Positions 1-9,027 of a stretch of DNA of 64,000 nt are shown here, piece by piece. This DNA is from an uncultured virus (IMG/VR IMGVR_UViG_3300009502_000040). Its lineage: Duplodnaviria; Heunggongvirae; Uroviricota; Caudoviricetes. Under the pieces are notes generated by a model that was not told the DNA's origin, did not search any database, and was given only the letters and a program-made list of their open reading frames with translations. Made by a program: the position numbers and the translations under genes. Each line of letters opens with the position of its first letter. The stretch's first letter is position 1. The stretch lies in IMG/VR virus record IMGVR_UViG_3300009502_000040. The stretch is one strand, 5' to 3'.

Positions 1-918
1 ACGAGAATAATTAGTTTTTATCAAAAACCCATCTTTTTCTAAAATTGATTTAATTTCATCTGAAATGTTAATGTCTTTAATATAAACACTACTAAATCCC
101 GCTTTACTTGTTTTAGTTATTGTATCATAAATTAGTTCAATTTCAGATTCTTTCTGAAAATCGGTTTTTATTTTAGAATTTTCCACATTTAACCTTGCAC
201 CTGTCGCTGATATTCGTTTGTTATTTTTTACTTCTACCCCAAAATATTCACGCTGAACTTTAGTAAATGGTGATTTTTCCTGTTCCAAAACAGTACCGTT
301 ATATTTGAAGATATTTTCGTTTGGACATTCAAAATTATCACAGAACAATTCAATATCGTTTAATTGTGTTAATTGTCTATTACAATCAGGACAAATTGGT
401 GGTTCAATAGAAACCTTATTTTCACCGATTGGATGTTCAATTACATATTTAATTCGTCTAACTATGGCGTTGGTATTAGGAAATCCGTTTCGTTTGATAT
501 CCCAATTTTCAATTTCCCATTTTAATTCTTTTTCGACCAATTTCCAATCAATTCCACCGATATTAACATTTTTAAATTCTGATTGGTGTTTTAACCAATC
601 AACAAATGAATCGGATGTTTGAATTACCGTCTTACTATAATATTCCGTCCAACGCCTGTTCAATTCTTTCCAATTAACTGATGTGTCCACTGGTGTATCA
701 AACATATTTTTGATAATATATTGCTGGTCACAGTTTTTACAAGAAATATATAAATCCTTATCATTTGGTGACATCATTTCACTTAAACGGTGAGCAATAA
801 ATTTATGTTCACAAAATGTTTTCGGGTGTTTATTGTATATTTTCGATAAAATCAATTTCCACCAACTATATTTCATTAAATTGGTTGATGCCTCCGTAAC
901 TGCGTAATATGTTTTCAT
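1..918 (-). CDS. Hypothetical Cys-rich (Zn-binding) protein downstream of IS607 transposase, 3'-partial (>=306 aa)
   Basis: Manual translation from ATG at 918: MKTYYAVTEAST...SCKNCDQ...CPDC...CDNFEC...; frame open to the window edge; absent from ORF track; no TnpB-like N-terminus or RuvC motif recognisable in the visible part. Confidence 0.75.
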   Translation of the reverse strand, partial: MKTYYAVTEASTNLMKYSWWKLILSKIYNKHPKTFCEHKFIAHRLSEMMSPNDKDLYISCKNCDQQYIIKNMFDTPVDTSVNWKELNRRWTEYYSKTVIQTSDSFVDWLKHQSEFKNVNIGGIDWKLVEKELKWEIENWDIKRNGFPNTNAIVRRIKYVIEHPIGENKVSIEPPICPDCNRQLTQLNDIELFCDNFECPNENIFKYNGTVLEQEKSPFTKVQREYFGVEVKNNKRISATGARLNVENSKIKTDFQKESEIELIYDTITKTSKAGFSSVYIKDINISDEIKSILEKDGFLIKTNYSR

Positions 919-947
919 ATCTTTTATTTTTTAATGAATATACAACA

Positions 948-1613
948 TTATATTGGTTTTTCCAAATTTTGTTGTTGTTCTTTTAATTTTTGTTCTTTAA
1001 TTTCTTTCTTTCGTTTAACACTTCTTTTTCCATAGAGTTTCCCTGAGAACGAAGCCATCAACATCATAATATCATTAACGAATTCTTCTTCATTTGATAT
1101 GTTATTATTTTCCACACATTCAATTTCCACATCATAACTTTCAAAAAATATTTTAATCAGATTGAACTGAAATCGTGTTAAACGGTCTTTATTCTCAATT
1201 ATAACCTTGTTTATTTTCTTTTTAATAACCAAGTCCACCATCTTAACGAAACCCGTTCTTGTATCAGATAAACCACTACCAACATCTTTTATGATGTGGT
1301 GAACAACATATTTTTTCTTGGCACAGTATTCAGACAATCGTTGTGATTGTCTATCCAAATCACCTTTGGTTTTTTGTTCGTGTGAACTGACACGACTGTA
1401 AGTTACAACTATGTTAGTTATTTTTTCTTCAACACCTGTTTCACCGACAAACTTGTTCACATCATCTTCACGGTAACGCCTGTGACCACCTACTGTTTTA
1501 ACTGGTATGATATTGATACCTTTCTTATCCCATTCTCGTAATGTGTTTTGGGATACATTTAAAATTCGTGATGTTTGTTCAATGGTCAGTAGTTTACTCA
1601 TTTGTTTGTTCAA
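948..1613 (-). CDS. tnpA: IS607-family transposase (MerR-like HTH + serine recombinase)
   Basis: N-terminal HTH (LNVSQNTLREWD...GGHRRY), catalytic YSRVSS, DVGSG, DRLTRF, SFSGKLYGKRS typical of IS607 TnpA. Confidence 0.93.
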   Translation of the reverse strand: MNKQMSKLLTIEQTSRILNVSQNTLREWDKKGINIIPVKTVGGHRRYREDDVNKFVGETGVEEKITNIVVTYSRVSSHEQKTKGDLDRQSQRLSEYCAKKKYVVHHIIKDVGSGLSDTRTGFVKMVDLVIKKKINKVIIENKDRLTRFQFNLIKIFFESYDVEIECVENNNISNEEEFVNDIMMLMASFSGKLYGKRSVKRKKEIKEQKLKEQQQNLEKPI

Positions 1614-1809
1614 GTATTTTTAGGATGGTTTCTTTGGAAGAATCCAAAATCTTCTGGAACTCTTCGACAGAAACATCTTCATCTACATCCAATTCAAATG
1701 GAATTGGGTAGACATCACCATTATCGAGTTCGAATTCGTGTTTATCCACACGCACGACTTTTAACGGGTTATTCTTTAAATTTTCCATAATAGTGTTTCT
1801 CTTTTTCAT
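1594..1809 (-). CDS. Small acidic hypothetical protein inside the IS607 left end, overlapping the tnpA start
   Basis: ORF track; overlaps tnpA start; true start may be the second Met (MENLKNN). Confidence 0.6.
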   Translation of the reverse strand: MKKRNTIMENLKNNPLKVVRVDKHEFELDNGDVYPIPFELDVDEDVSVEEFQKILDSSKETILKILEQTNE

Positions 1810-1907
1810 ATATATACTTTTATTTTTGTCAAAAACCCGATTTTAGTGTTAAATTATAGTTAAATTTTGTTAAATAGTTGTAAATAATGTTAGATTTTTA
1901 TTAACAG

Positions 1908-2087
1908 TTAATTAACCCCTATATTAAATCGTTGAAAACATTTTTCGCAACATAAATTAATTGATCCACCACCACTTGCACCTTCAATCATATTTCCACC
2001 ACATGATGGGCATTTATTATCTTCGATGAAACTAATTTCCCAGTTTGTAGCTGACTCACCAACTTTACTTCTTTTTGGGGTTAGCAT
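1908..2087 (-). CDS. 59-aa zinc-ribbon protein, 3' end coincides with IS607 junction
   Basis: Manual translation MLTPKRSK...KCPSCGG...CCEKCFQRFNIGVN*; last codons lie in the IS end. Confidence 0.65.
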   Translation of the reverse strand: MLTPKRSKVGESATNWEISFIEDNKCPSCGGNMIEGASGGGSINLCCEKCFQRFNIGVN

Positions 2088-2409
2088 TTATTTTTTTCAT
2101 TTTTTTCCTTCGTTCTCGTTTAACATCGACATACTCATTCGGAAAATTATCATAATCCAGAACTGGTTTATCACATGCTGTTCGCATCCATTCGAGTGTC
2201 GTTTTTAAATCAGCAATCGGATCATCAATATCATCATCCTCATAAACCCTTGGATTCATAGATTCTTCAGTACAAGAATCTGGATTATTATTATCATCAT
2301 AAAAAACTTCATACAATCCAAATTCAATTATGGTTGTATCAATTAAATCTTTACCTACTCGTTTTTTAGTCTTGATTCTTTTTGCTAATACTCTGTGGTT
2401 CCAATGCAT
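2065..2409 (-). CDS. Hypothetical phage protein with C-terminal RxxKLxxI-type tag
   Basis: MHWNHRVL...; ends RRKKMKKINANPKKK. Confidence 0.75.
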   Translation of the reverse strand: MHWNHRVLAKRIKTKKRVGKDLIDTTIIEFGLYEVFYDDNNNPDSCTEESMNPRVYEDDDIDDPIADLKTTLEWMRTACDKPVLDYDNFPNEYVDVKRERRKKMKKINANPKKK

Positions 2410-2515
2410 TTTTTAAATATTTTTCAACATGATAAATAACATCACTTGGTTTAACTACTTCCTTTCTTCTTCAACCTTTTCCTTTGGCATTTGTTCAAGA
2501 ATTGTTTTCAATTCT

Positions 2516-2947
2516 TTAATCGATACTGATTTTTTCATATATCTTATTTAGTTTTAATTTTCTGTTTTGTTTAAGAATTTCTGGAAATTGATCGGGATGA
2601 ATTAATCTTCTTGCCCAAGAATTCAAATGATAGTTCCATTGTTTATCTAAAATTGTATATCGATATTGAACAGATTCGGTATTATCATTTATGCCCCATG
2701 GGTCAAAAACTTCTTTAATTTTTTGATTGAAACTATCATATTGGTGTATATCACATTCTTCAATATGCTTATTAATTTGTATTTTAATATGAATTAATAA
2801 ATGTTCAAAAAATTCATCATACAAAAAATAATATTCTTTTCGTAATTCAGGTGAACATAAATGATCCAATTTTAAATTGTACCACCTAAGTAATGGTTCT
2901 CTTTCCTGTGGTGTAATTTCGTATGGAATACTAATTGGCGGAAGCAT
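2516..2947 (-). CDS. Hypothetical protein with RxxKLxxI tag
   Basis: ends RKLKLNKIYEKISID. Confidence 0.75.
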   Translation of the reverse strand: MLPPISIPYEITPQEREPLLRWYNLKLDHLCSPELRKEYYFLYDEFFEHLLIHIKIQINKHIEECDIHQYDSFNQKIKEVFDPWGINDNTESVQYRYTILDKQWNYHLNSWARRLIHPDQFPEILKQNRKLKLNKIYEKISID

Positions 2948-3146
2948 CTTTCTTCAATGTTGGGAATAATTTATAAAATCTCTTCCATGCAGTCTTTCTA
3001 CATTTTTTAGGGTATCTAATTCTACCACCGTTATGTAAATTACCAGTTCCAGTATTTCTATATGTTTTATTATCTTGCCGTGGTAATTTTGGCATAGTAT
3101 TATAATATGAAGAATTATAAAAACTATAAATAAAGAATTCCCTCAT
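2931..3146 (-). CDS. Small basic hypothetical protein (true start probably MPKLPRQ)
   Basis: ORF track; overlaps next gene start. Confidence 0.55.
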   Translation of the reverse strand: MREFFIYSFYNSSYYNTMPKLPRQDNKTYRNTGTGNLHNGGRIRYPKKCRKTAWKRFYKLFPTLKKDASAN

Positions 3147-3220
3147 GACATACTTTATTTTAATAACTGTTATAATATTAATAGATAATGCTTGAAATTA
3201 ACAATAACTATAATTAATAT

Positions 3221-3397
3221 TTAAGTTAAATCATTTAATACCTTATCACCCCACCACAAATGAAACTGGTAGTGATAATCTACTTTTTTCCTTTTAAACA
3301 CGTAGGTAATTGCACTTAAGATAAGACAAGGGTATAATATCAGGGCTGATATACACCAACTAAAAATCCAGACTATAATAGAATATATTGTTTTCAT
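3221..3397 (-). CDS. 58-aa membrane protein
   Basis: Manual translation MKTIYSIIVWIFSWCISALILYPCLILSAITYVFKRKK...; directly after an AAAC-N18-TATAA motif. Confidence 0.6.
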   Translation of the reverse strand: MKTIYSIIVWIFSWCISALILYPCLILSAITYVFKRKKVDYHYQFHLWWGDKVLNDLT

Positions 3398-3450
3398 ATT
3401 CCATTATAGTCAAAATATATATTAGAGTTTTAGTTTTTAGGGGAATGAAC

Positions 3451-3702
3451 TTAAATAGTTATTACAGATGTAATATTTCTCAATTTTAAATAACTTTGAA
3501 TTCGCTCAATTTTATCGAGTTTTACAAGTTCGTTTGTGGAAACTTTGATAAGCTCCCAGTAATATGGCATACCTTTAAAATCATCAATTTTTCGAATACA
3601 AAAATCATGTTTTTCAACTTCTACCATGATCTTTAATTCCTGTAAAAGTTCACTAACCTTCTTATTTTTTTCGATTAACTGATCCAAGATATTTTCTATC
3701 AT
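3451..3702 (-). CDS. Hypothetical protein
   Basis: ORF track; preceded by TATCTTTG motif (3728-3735, minus). Confidence 0.7.
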   Translation of the reverse strand: MIENILDQLIEKNKKVSELLQELKIMVEVEKHDFCIRKIDDFKGMPYYWELIKVSTNELVKLDKIERIQSYLKLRNITSVITI

Positions 3703-3766
3703 GCTACAAAGTTTTTAGTTTAGGTGACAAAGATATAAACAATATCCGAATAAAAAAAGATTGGAA

Positions 3767-4354
3767 TTATTTTCTGTTAAATTGTGCCTGAAGTCTTTCA
3801 CGAACCTCTTCAATGTTTGTACCATCATATCGTACAACATTCGGATGCTTGAAATCTTTGTTGTGTTCATGTGCTGGCATGATCACCAAACCCCTTGGTC
3901 TGTGTTTCAACCAAGCTTGAATATACTCTGGAAAATCATCAACCAGCACCCAGCCATAAACTAATCCTTTATCATTGGTGATGGTTACGCCATTAATATA
4001 CTCCTTCATATTTTTATGGCACCATTCGACTTTTTCAGACCAAGCTGAAAATTTTCTGGATGGGCCTTTTGTGAGCACAACTATTTTGAATCCAACTTTC
4101 TTCAATTCCACAAGAACATCAAACCCAAGCTTAAATTTTTTCAATTTAAGCCACCAACCAACCTGTGACGTGATCATGTGTCTACGGGCTTCTAAATAGC
4201 CTCCACCCTTATAAATATCACCGCTGTTAATTGGCGGCTCATTTGGTGATGCAATTTTCTGGAGGTCTATTTCTAACTGACCATCATAATCGGCACATGT
4301 ACCATCCAAATCTACTAAAGCAACTTTTTCGATTTCGGCTATTTTTTCAATCAT
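3767..4354 (-). CDS. HAD-superfamily 5'(3')-deoxyribonucleotidase-like protein (NT5C type)
   Basis: DLDGT motif I, LT motif II, K, LVDD motif IV, C-terminal HN. Confidence 0.8.
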   Translation of the reverse strand: MIEKIAEIEKVALVDLDGTCADYDGQLEIDLQKIASPNEPPINSGDIYKGGGYLEARRHMITSQVGWWLKLKKFKLGFDVLVELKKVGFKIVVLTKGPSRKFSAWSEKVEWCHKNMKEYINGVTITNDKGLVYGWVLVDDFPEYIQAWLKHRPRGLVIMPAHEHNKDFKHPNVVRYDGTNIEEVRERLQAQFNRK

Positions 4355-4938
4355 AAGTCAAATCTATTGGAAAGTTTAAATTTATCATATTCTGTCATAC
4401 ATATTTTTTGAGTTAAAAATCTGATATCTGAAAGTTTGAAGCACAAAAAAGCATCGCCTTCATATGCCCCAAGCGAAATAAGAAATGACTTTATGTCTTT
4501 AAATATTACATCAGAAACATCATCAGCACAATCATCGACAAAAAGGCACATTTCATTATCGTTAACGCCATTTAAATAAAATTCAAAATTACAAATTTTT
4601 TTATATAATGTCTCATTATTAATTATTATCTTTTTTTCAAAAAAAATGAGCCTTATCCATTTAGATTCGATATGAGCATCAACATTTGGGTGAGCAACTG
4701 AAAGATAATCTTCATCGGCATCAACAAGCTGGCAAATAAAATTGAATAACGATTTTATAAAATTGTAATATAATTTTTCTGTGATTCTTTTGATTGGTTT
4801 AATATTCATATATGGTCTCTTCCATTCATCTTCAAATCTTCGCTTCTGCTCTTCTACAGACAATACAGAATTTATACTTTTGGCTGAGCTTATAGAATTT
4901 TTTATTCTATCATTTTCTTTTTTAGAATATTTTTTCAT
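4351..4938 (-). CDS. Hypothetical protein with C-terminal RFDL tag
   Basis: ends KLSNRFDL*. Confidence 0.75.
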   Translation of the reverse strand: MKKYSKKENDRIKNSISSAKSINSVLSVEEQKRRFEDEWKRPYMNIKPIKRITEKLYYNFIKSLFNFICQLVDADEDYLSVAHPNVDAHIESKWIRLIFFEKKIIINNETLYKKICNFEFYLNGVNDNEMCLFVDDCADDVSDVIFKDIKSFLISLGAYEGDAFLCFKLSDIRFLTQKICMTEYDKFKLSNRFDL

Positions 4939-5186
4939 AAGTCAAATTTTTTAAAATTTCTATTTTTTTCGTATTCGAGATTACTTTCCTTAAAATGCTC
5001 ACGCTTAAAATAACTTAATGCGCCTATTGATGTTCTTACATAATATGGTGCATTTGAAAACGTGGCATTGTTTCCATTTGGAAAAATTCTTAAAACTTCA
5101 GTCTGCTCAATTTTATCATCATTGAACGCTGTCGCCAATCCAACCTTTATACCATTTAATTCCTGTACGGTTTTATATTTTTTCAT
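4935..5186 (-). CDS. Hypothetical protein with C-terminal KFDL tag
   Basis: ends NRNFKKFDL*. Confidence 0.75.
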   Translation of the reverse strand: MKKYKTVQELNGIKVGLATAFNDDKIEQTEVLRIFPNGNNATFSNAPYYVRTSIGALSYFKREHFKESNLEYEKNRNFKKFDL

Positions 5187-5258
5187 TTCAAAGAATTTTC
5201 AAGATACTCAATAACATGCCCTGACCATTTAATATTATTTCGCTCATAATTTAACACT

Positions 5259-6014
5259 TTATTCAAAAATTGCAAAAATTTCTTCTTTCGATTTGGCATT
5301 ATACACTTTCTGTTTTTGTTCTATAGTAAGCGAATCAATAAAATCAACCCATTTACTTTCCAATTCGGTCAGCACTTTATAATACTCCCGTCTGTTTGAT
5401 GTTCTCCGTACTTGACCTGATTCAAGAAGTGGTTTCATCCAACGTATTATATTCGTTTTACTCTTTTCATTTAATATCTGGCTAAGATCATCGAGTGTCA
5501 ATACGTATTTTATGTTAATTAAATCCAACAAAAATTCAGGACTATATTTTGGTTTTCTCCACTCCTTTGGGCTACGCCTTGGTTTAAATTCCTTTTCCTT
5601 TTTTGGTTTAATTCTTTTCTCCATTTTTTTAGCATCCCTATATTTATTTACCTTATCAGTATTGTTTTTAACCCAATCACTATGGTATGAAGAATTTTTT
5701 TCCGTCCATTTTTTATGATAATTCGGATTTATAAAAAGCCTATATTTTCTTTGATACTCTTTCTGATAATCTTCCGTATTTTTCGAAGGTGGGGCAATTA
5801 TAATATTTGGGGTAATATAATCATGGTAAAATCTTTCACATTTTTTATCATAAGCCCATATTTTATGCTCCGTGATAGATTCACGCAGCATTCTGGTTAA
5901 CATATTTTTTGAAATTTTAAAAATTTTAACTAACTCATTATCAGATACCAATTGTTTTAACTTAATAGTGTTGATGATTTCTGATACAATGCTGATATTT
6001 TCTGATTTTAGCAT
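5259..6014 (-). CDS. Putative DNA-binding protein (two HTH-like segments, basic linker)
   Basis: HTH-like ELVKIFKISKNMLTRML and LDDLSQILNEKSKTNIIRWMKPL. Confidence 0.5.
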   Translation of the reverse strand: MLKSENISIVSEIINTIKLKQLVSDNELVKIFKISKNMLTRMLRESITEHKIWAYDKKCERFYHDYITPNIIIAPPSKNTEDYQKEYQRKYRLFINPNYHKKWTEKNSSYHSDWVKNNTDKVNKYRDAKKMEKRIKPKKEKEFKPRRSPKEWRKPKYSPEFLLDLINIKYVLTLDDLSQILNEKSKTNIIRWMKPLLESGQVRRTSNRREYYKVLTELESKWVDFIDSLTIEQKQKVYNAKSKEEIFAIFE

Positions 6015-6104
6015 AATTTTAAAGATTTAGTAATCAACGGCACAAATATATAAACAATTTATGAGAAAAAAAAATAAATTATAAAAAAAAAATTAAAAAG
6101 TAAA

Positions 6105-6133
6105 AAAAAAGCCAGCACGTTGCTGGCTTTTTT
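6105..6133. terminator. Bidirectional intrinsic terminator
   Basis: AAAAAAGCCAGCA-CGT-TGCTGGCTTTTTT. Confidence 0.8.
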
Positions 6134-6157
6134 CAATTCACATGTAAAACACTTTCT

Positions 6158-6598
6158 TTACTTCTTCGCTGGTGCGGCAGTCTTTGTAGGTGTTGCCGTT
6201 TTCTCCTTATATCGCTTGTCGGGTGTACCATCCTTTTTTACAGGTGTCGCAGTGGCGGTAACAGGGGTAGTTGTTTTATTCTCCTTGTATCGCTTATCTG
6301 GTGTGCCATCATTTTTCATGGGGGTAGTGGGGGTAGCGTTTTTCGTGGGTGTAGTAGCATTAATAGCAGCATGCGAAGCGTGAGCAGCGGCAGATGAACG
6401 ATTTTCATCAGCCTTTACGGGTACTTGAGTCGCATGAGCGGGGGTCGTTGCGGGTGAAGTTACAGTAGTTGCAGCGGGTGCAACAGCAGTTTTGGTTGTT
6501 TGTGTTGCCTTCATTCCATTATGGGTGTCATTTGTCTGTGCAAACGAGCCAAAGGCGAAGAACATCAGAATTCCGAATAACAATGCAATCTTTTTCAT
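6158..6598 (-). CDS. Secreted Thr/Ala/Lys-rich protein with two (N/K)DGTPDKRYKE repeats
   Basis: Sec signal peptide (MKKIALLFGILMFFAFGSFA-Q); KDGTPDKRY motif recalled from small Bacteroidota secreted proteins. Confidence 0.75.
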   Translation of the reverse strand: MKKIALLFGILMFFAFGSFAQTNDTHNGMKATQTTKTAVAPAATTVTSPATTPAHATQVPVKADENRSSAAAHASHAAINATTPTKNATPTTPMKNDGTPDKRYKENKTTTPVTATATPVKKDGTPDKRYKEKTATPTKTAAPAKK

Positions 6599-6610
6599 AG
6601 GTTTAAAATT

Positions 6611-6886
6611 TTAGTTAATAATGATTGAATAATACTTTGTTAATTGAGAGTGCAAAGATATAAATAGTTTTTGGATAAAAAAAATTAAGTTTACATAAAA
6701 ATTAAACTTTCGTGTTTTAAAATTTATTCCGCTCACATTATCAAACATACCATTGGAAACTCTTTTCATAAGGTCAACCCTTTCATCAAGTTGAGCTAAT
6801 AGATCAACCACATTTGGAAATTTGAATAAGTGACAACCAAACTCATTAGGATCATTAATTTTAAAATCTTCTTTATGTGTTTCCAT
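6611..6886 (-). CDS. Hypothetical protein (C-terminus runs over next promoter, may be extended)
   Basis: ORF track. Confidence 0.5.
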   Translation of the reverse strand: METHKEDFKINDPNEFGCHLFKFPNVVDLLAQLDERVDLMKRVSNGMFDNVSGINFKTRKFNFYVNLIFFIQKLFISLHSQLTKYYSIIIN

Positions 6887-7280
6887 TTTCCTTGGAATTT
6901 ATTTTTTTAAGTTTCTTATTTCTTGATTTTTTATATTTTTCAAAATACTCATTAAGACCCGATGTCATATCTGGACCAGTTAAAATAAAATGAGCATCTG
7001 ATAATATTTCAGTCAATGCCCTTACTTGATCATTCACCCAAAAAACCCACGAATCTTCTTCTTGATTAGTTGTACCCTTAGGTAACCTATCAATTCTTTT
7101 TAGATAATTTTCTATACTCTTTAAATATTGTATCCAGTCGGGTAGGACGTAATATTTTTTATCACCGTTTGTATACGCTTGGGATTCTTCTACAATATCT
7201 TCCAGATCATGAGAATTATACTTTTCTAATAATTTAAAATGTTCTTCTGTGATAAGAACAACTAAAGATTTCTTTGCCAT
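6873..7280 (-). CDS. Hypothetical protein with RxxKLxxI tag
   Basis: ends RNKKLKKINSKENGNT. Confidence 0.75.
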   Translation of the reverse strand: MAKKSLVVLITEEHFKLLEKYNSHDLEDIVEESQAYTNGDKKYYVLPDWIQYLKSIENYLKRIDRLPKGTTNQEEDSWVFWVNDQVRALTEILSDAHFILTGPDMTSGLNEYFEKYKKSRNKKLKKINSKENGNT

Positions 7281-7287
7281 ATTATTA

Positions 7288-7620
7288 CTATTTTTTTATA
7301 TTATCAATAGCTTTCAAATACTGATCTTTTGATAAATATTGATCAACACTTTTATACCAATCTTCATATTTACACTCACCATTTTCTGGATATATAAAAT
7401 CTATACCCCTATAAATAACTTCAATCTCATCCCCGTCTGGAACAACCCCTGCACGATATTTATAGACATAAACTTCACCGTCATAACTACAATCATCATA
7501 ATTAGTTTTTATATATCTAACCCATGCGCCTTCGAAATCGGATCGGGCGTTTTTGTTAACTTTAAATCCATATTCCGCCATTGCGGTTTTTAATTTATCA
7601 TTTTTTTCCATTTTTATCAA
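7288..7620 (-). CDS. Hypothetical protein
   Basis: ORF track; likely start at MEKND. Confidence 0.7.
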   Translation of the reverse strand: MIKMEKNDKLKTAMAEYGFKVNKNARSDFEGAWVRYIKTNYDDCSYDGEVYVYKYRAGVVPDGDEIEVIYRGIDFIYPENGECKYEDWYKSVDQYLSKDQYLKAIDNIKK

Positions 7621-7762
7621 TATCTTTTTTTATCAAATCCTCAATGTATTGAGATTTTGATAACTTCTTCTCCTCAATAACCTTATCCAGCAACTGATCC
7701 AGTTCCGTGTTGATCGTGAGTGAAATCGCAACTTTCTTATTTGAAATTTTTGGTCTTCCCAT
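7598..7762 (-). CDS. Ribbon-helix-helix DNA-binding protein (54 aa)
   Basis: Manual translation MGRPKISNKKVAISLTINTELDQLLDKVIEEKKLSKSQYIEDLIKKDIDKNGKK; alternating beta-ribbon, two helices, SKS turn. Confidence 0.85.
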   Translation of the reverse strand: MGRPKISNKKVAISLTINTELDQLLDKVIEEKKLSKSQYIEDLIKKDIDKNGKK

Positions 7763-7852
7763 TTTTTTTTATTTTTATAGATATTTTTTTAAAAAAAGTT
7801 TAAAAATAGCAAAAAACGGCTTTTTTATTTTAATATATACTATTAAAAAGCT

Positions 7853-8014
7853 ATGAAAAAGGTTAAAACTAAGAAGAAGGTTAGTATAACCATGGATCAG
7901 GATATTCTAAAGTATCTGGAAGATAACTTCGAGAATAAGTCCAAATACGTAGAATACCTCATTTATAAAGATTTGAAGGATGCTGGTGTAGTAAAAAAAG
8001 ATATGATATTATGA
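7853..8014 (+). CDS. Ribbon-helix-helix protein (53 aa), ATGA-coupled to GIY-YIG endonuclease
   Basis: Manual translation MKKVKTKKKVSITMDQDILKYLEDNFENKSKYVEYLIYKDLKDAGVVKKDMIL. Confidence 0.8.
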   Translation: MKKVKTKKKVSITMDQDILKYLEDNFENKSKYVEYLIYKDLKDAGVVKKDMIL

Positions 8015-8997
8015 ATAAGATTATTTGGACTAAAGAAAAGTTGCAAGAAGAATGTAATAAATATGAAACTGTTGGCGAGTTAAATTCACACAATGGAAGT
8101 GCATACAATGCAGCAAGGCGATTAAATATTATTTACACATTATTTGAAAATCATCCAAATAGTGGGTTTACATACAAGCAAAAGAAAGCTGGATATTGGA
8201 CAATTGAAAGATTACAAGAAGAATGCAATAAATATGAAACTGTTGGAAAATTTCAAAAAGACAGTCCTTCAGCATATAATGCAGTTCGTAAACAAAACTT
8301 ATTTTCAAAATTATTTAAAAATCATAAAAATGGCGGTTATTTATTAAATAAAAAAGGTTTTTGGACAAATAAAATATTACAAATTGAATGTGATAAATAT
8401 AACACAAGAAAAGAATTTAGAGATAAAAATTATCCAGCTTACATCGCAGCAAAGAAACAAAAATTACTTAACGAATTATTTAAAAATCATAAAAATAAAG
8501 GCTATAGTATAAAAAACGACTGGAAAGATAATCGTCATGTTATATACGTGTATGAAATAACAAATTTTAATAAAGCATATGTTGGTTTAACAAACAATAT
8601 TCAACGAAGAGATCGAGAACATCTATTTAGGGTTGATGAGGTATTGATGAATTTCTGTAAAAAAAATAATTTATCATTACCAAATTACAAAATATTGGAG
8701 GAAAGATTATCACCAATGAAAGCCAAAGAAAGAGAGAATTATTGGTTAGAGTATTATAAAAATAATAATTGGGAAATGTTAAATGTAGCCAGAACTGGAT
8801 CACTGGGTGGTAGCATTTCAAAGTGGAATAAACGAAAGTTACAAGTAGAAGCTAATAAATATAAAAATCGGAAAGATTTTAGAACTTATTGTTCTAATGG
8901 ATATGATGCTGCATTGAAAAGAAAATTATTAGACGAATTATTTATAAACCATTGCAATCGAGGTTATACAAGGTTATGCATAATAAAAAAGCTATAG
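8011..8997 (+). CDS. GIY-YIG homing-type endonuclease with four W..E.L..E..KY repeats
   Basis: VIYVYE...AYVGLT...R..EH...E..W...N catalytic pattern; about 55-aa repeats flank the nuclease domain. Confidence 0.8.
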   Translation: MNKIIWTKEKLQEECNKYETVGELNSHNGSAYNAARRLNIIYTLFENHPNSGFTYKQKKAGYWTIERLQEECNKYETVGKFQKDSPSAYNAVRKQNLFSKLFKNHKNGGYLLNKKGFWTNKILQIECDKYNTRKEFRDKNYPAYIAAKKQKLLNELFKNHKNKGYSIKNDWKDNRHVIYVYEITNFNKAYVGLTNNIQRRDREHLFRVDEVLMNFCKKNNLSLPNYKILEERLSPMKAKERENYWLEYYKNNNWEMLNVARTGSLGGSISKWNKRKLQVEANKYKNRKDFRTYCSNGYDAALKRKLLDELFINHCNRGYTRLCIIKKL

Positions 8998-9020
8998 TTC
9001 GTTCAAAACTATAGCTTTTT
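8986..9020. terminator. Bidirectional intrinsic terminator
   Basis: AAAAAGCTATAGTT...AACTATAGCTTTTT between convergent genes. Confidence 0.75.
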
Positions 9021-9027
9021 CACGCTA

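Larger units (their letters stand above)
1..1919 (-). mobile_element. IS607-family element, left end at about 1916-1919, right end outside window
   Basis: tnpA plus an array of short GTTAAA-like direct repeats at about 10-bp spacing (1846-1915) ending at a GGGG run (minus strand), matching IS607 end architecture (TnpA-binding repeats, GG crossover). Confidence 0.75.

Noticed and set aside
305..622. Short opposite-strand or nested ORFs in the track (e.g. 305, 6120, 9317, 19398, 27683, 40274, 56184)
   Set aside because: They shadow longer, motif-bearing genes on the other strand or frame and lack independent support
1..918. Calling the ORF tnpB from position alone
   Set aside because: No TnpB motifs visible in the 306 residues available
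1846..1915. Phased repeats as replication-origin iterons or mini-CRISPR
   Set aside because: Units are about 6 bp, sit directly upstream of IS607 tnpA and end at a GG run; better explained as the IS end
6158..6330. Duplicated GTPDKRYKE-coding segment as a DGR template/variable repeat pair
   Set aside because: Both copies are in-frame protein repeats within one gene, and no reverse transcriptase is present in the window
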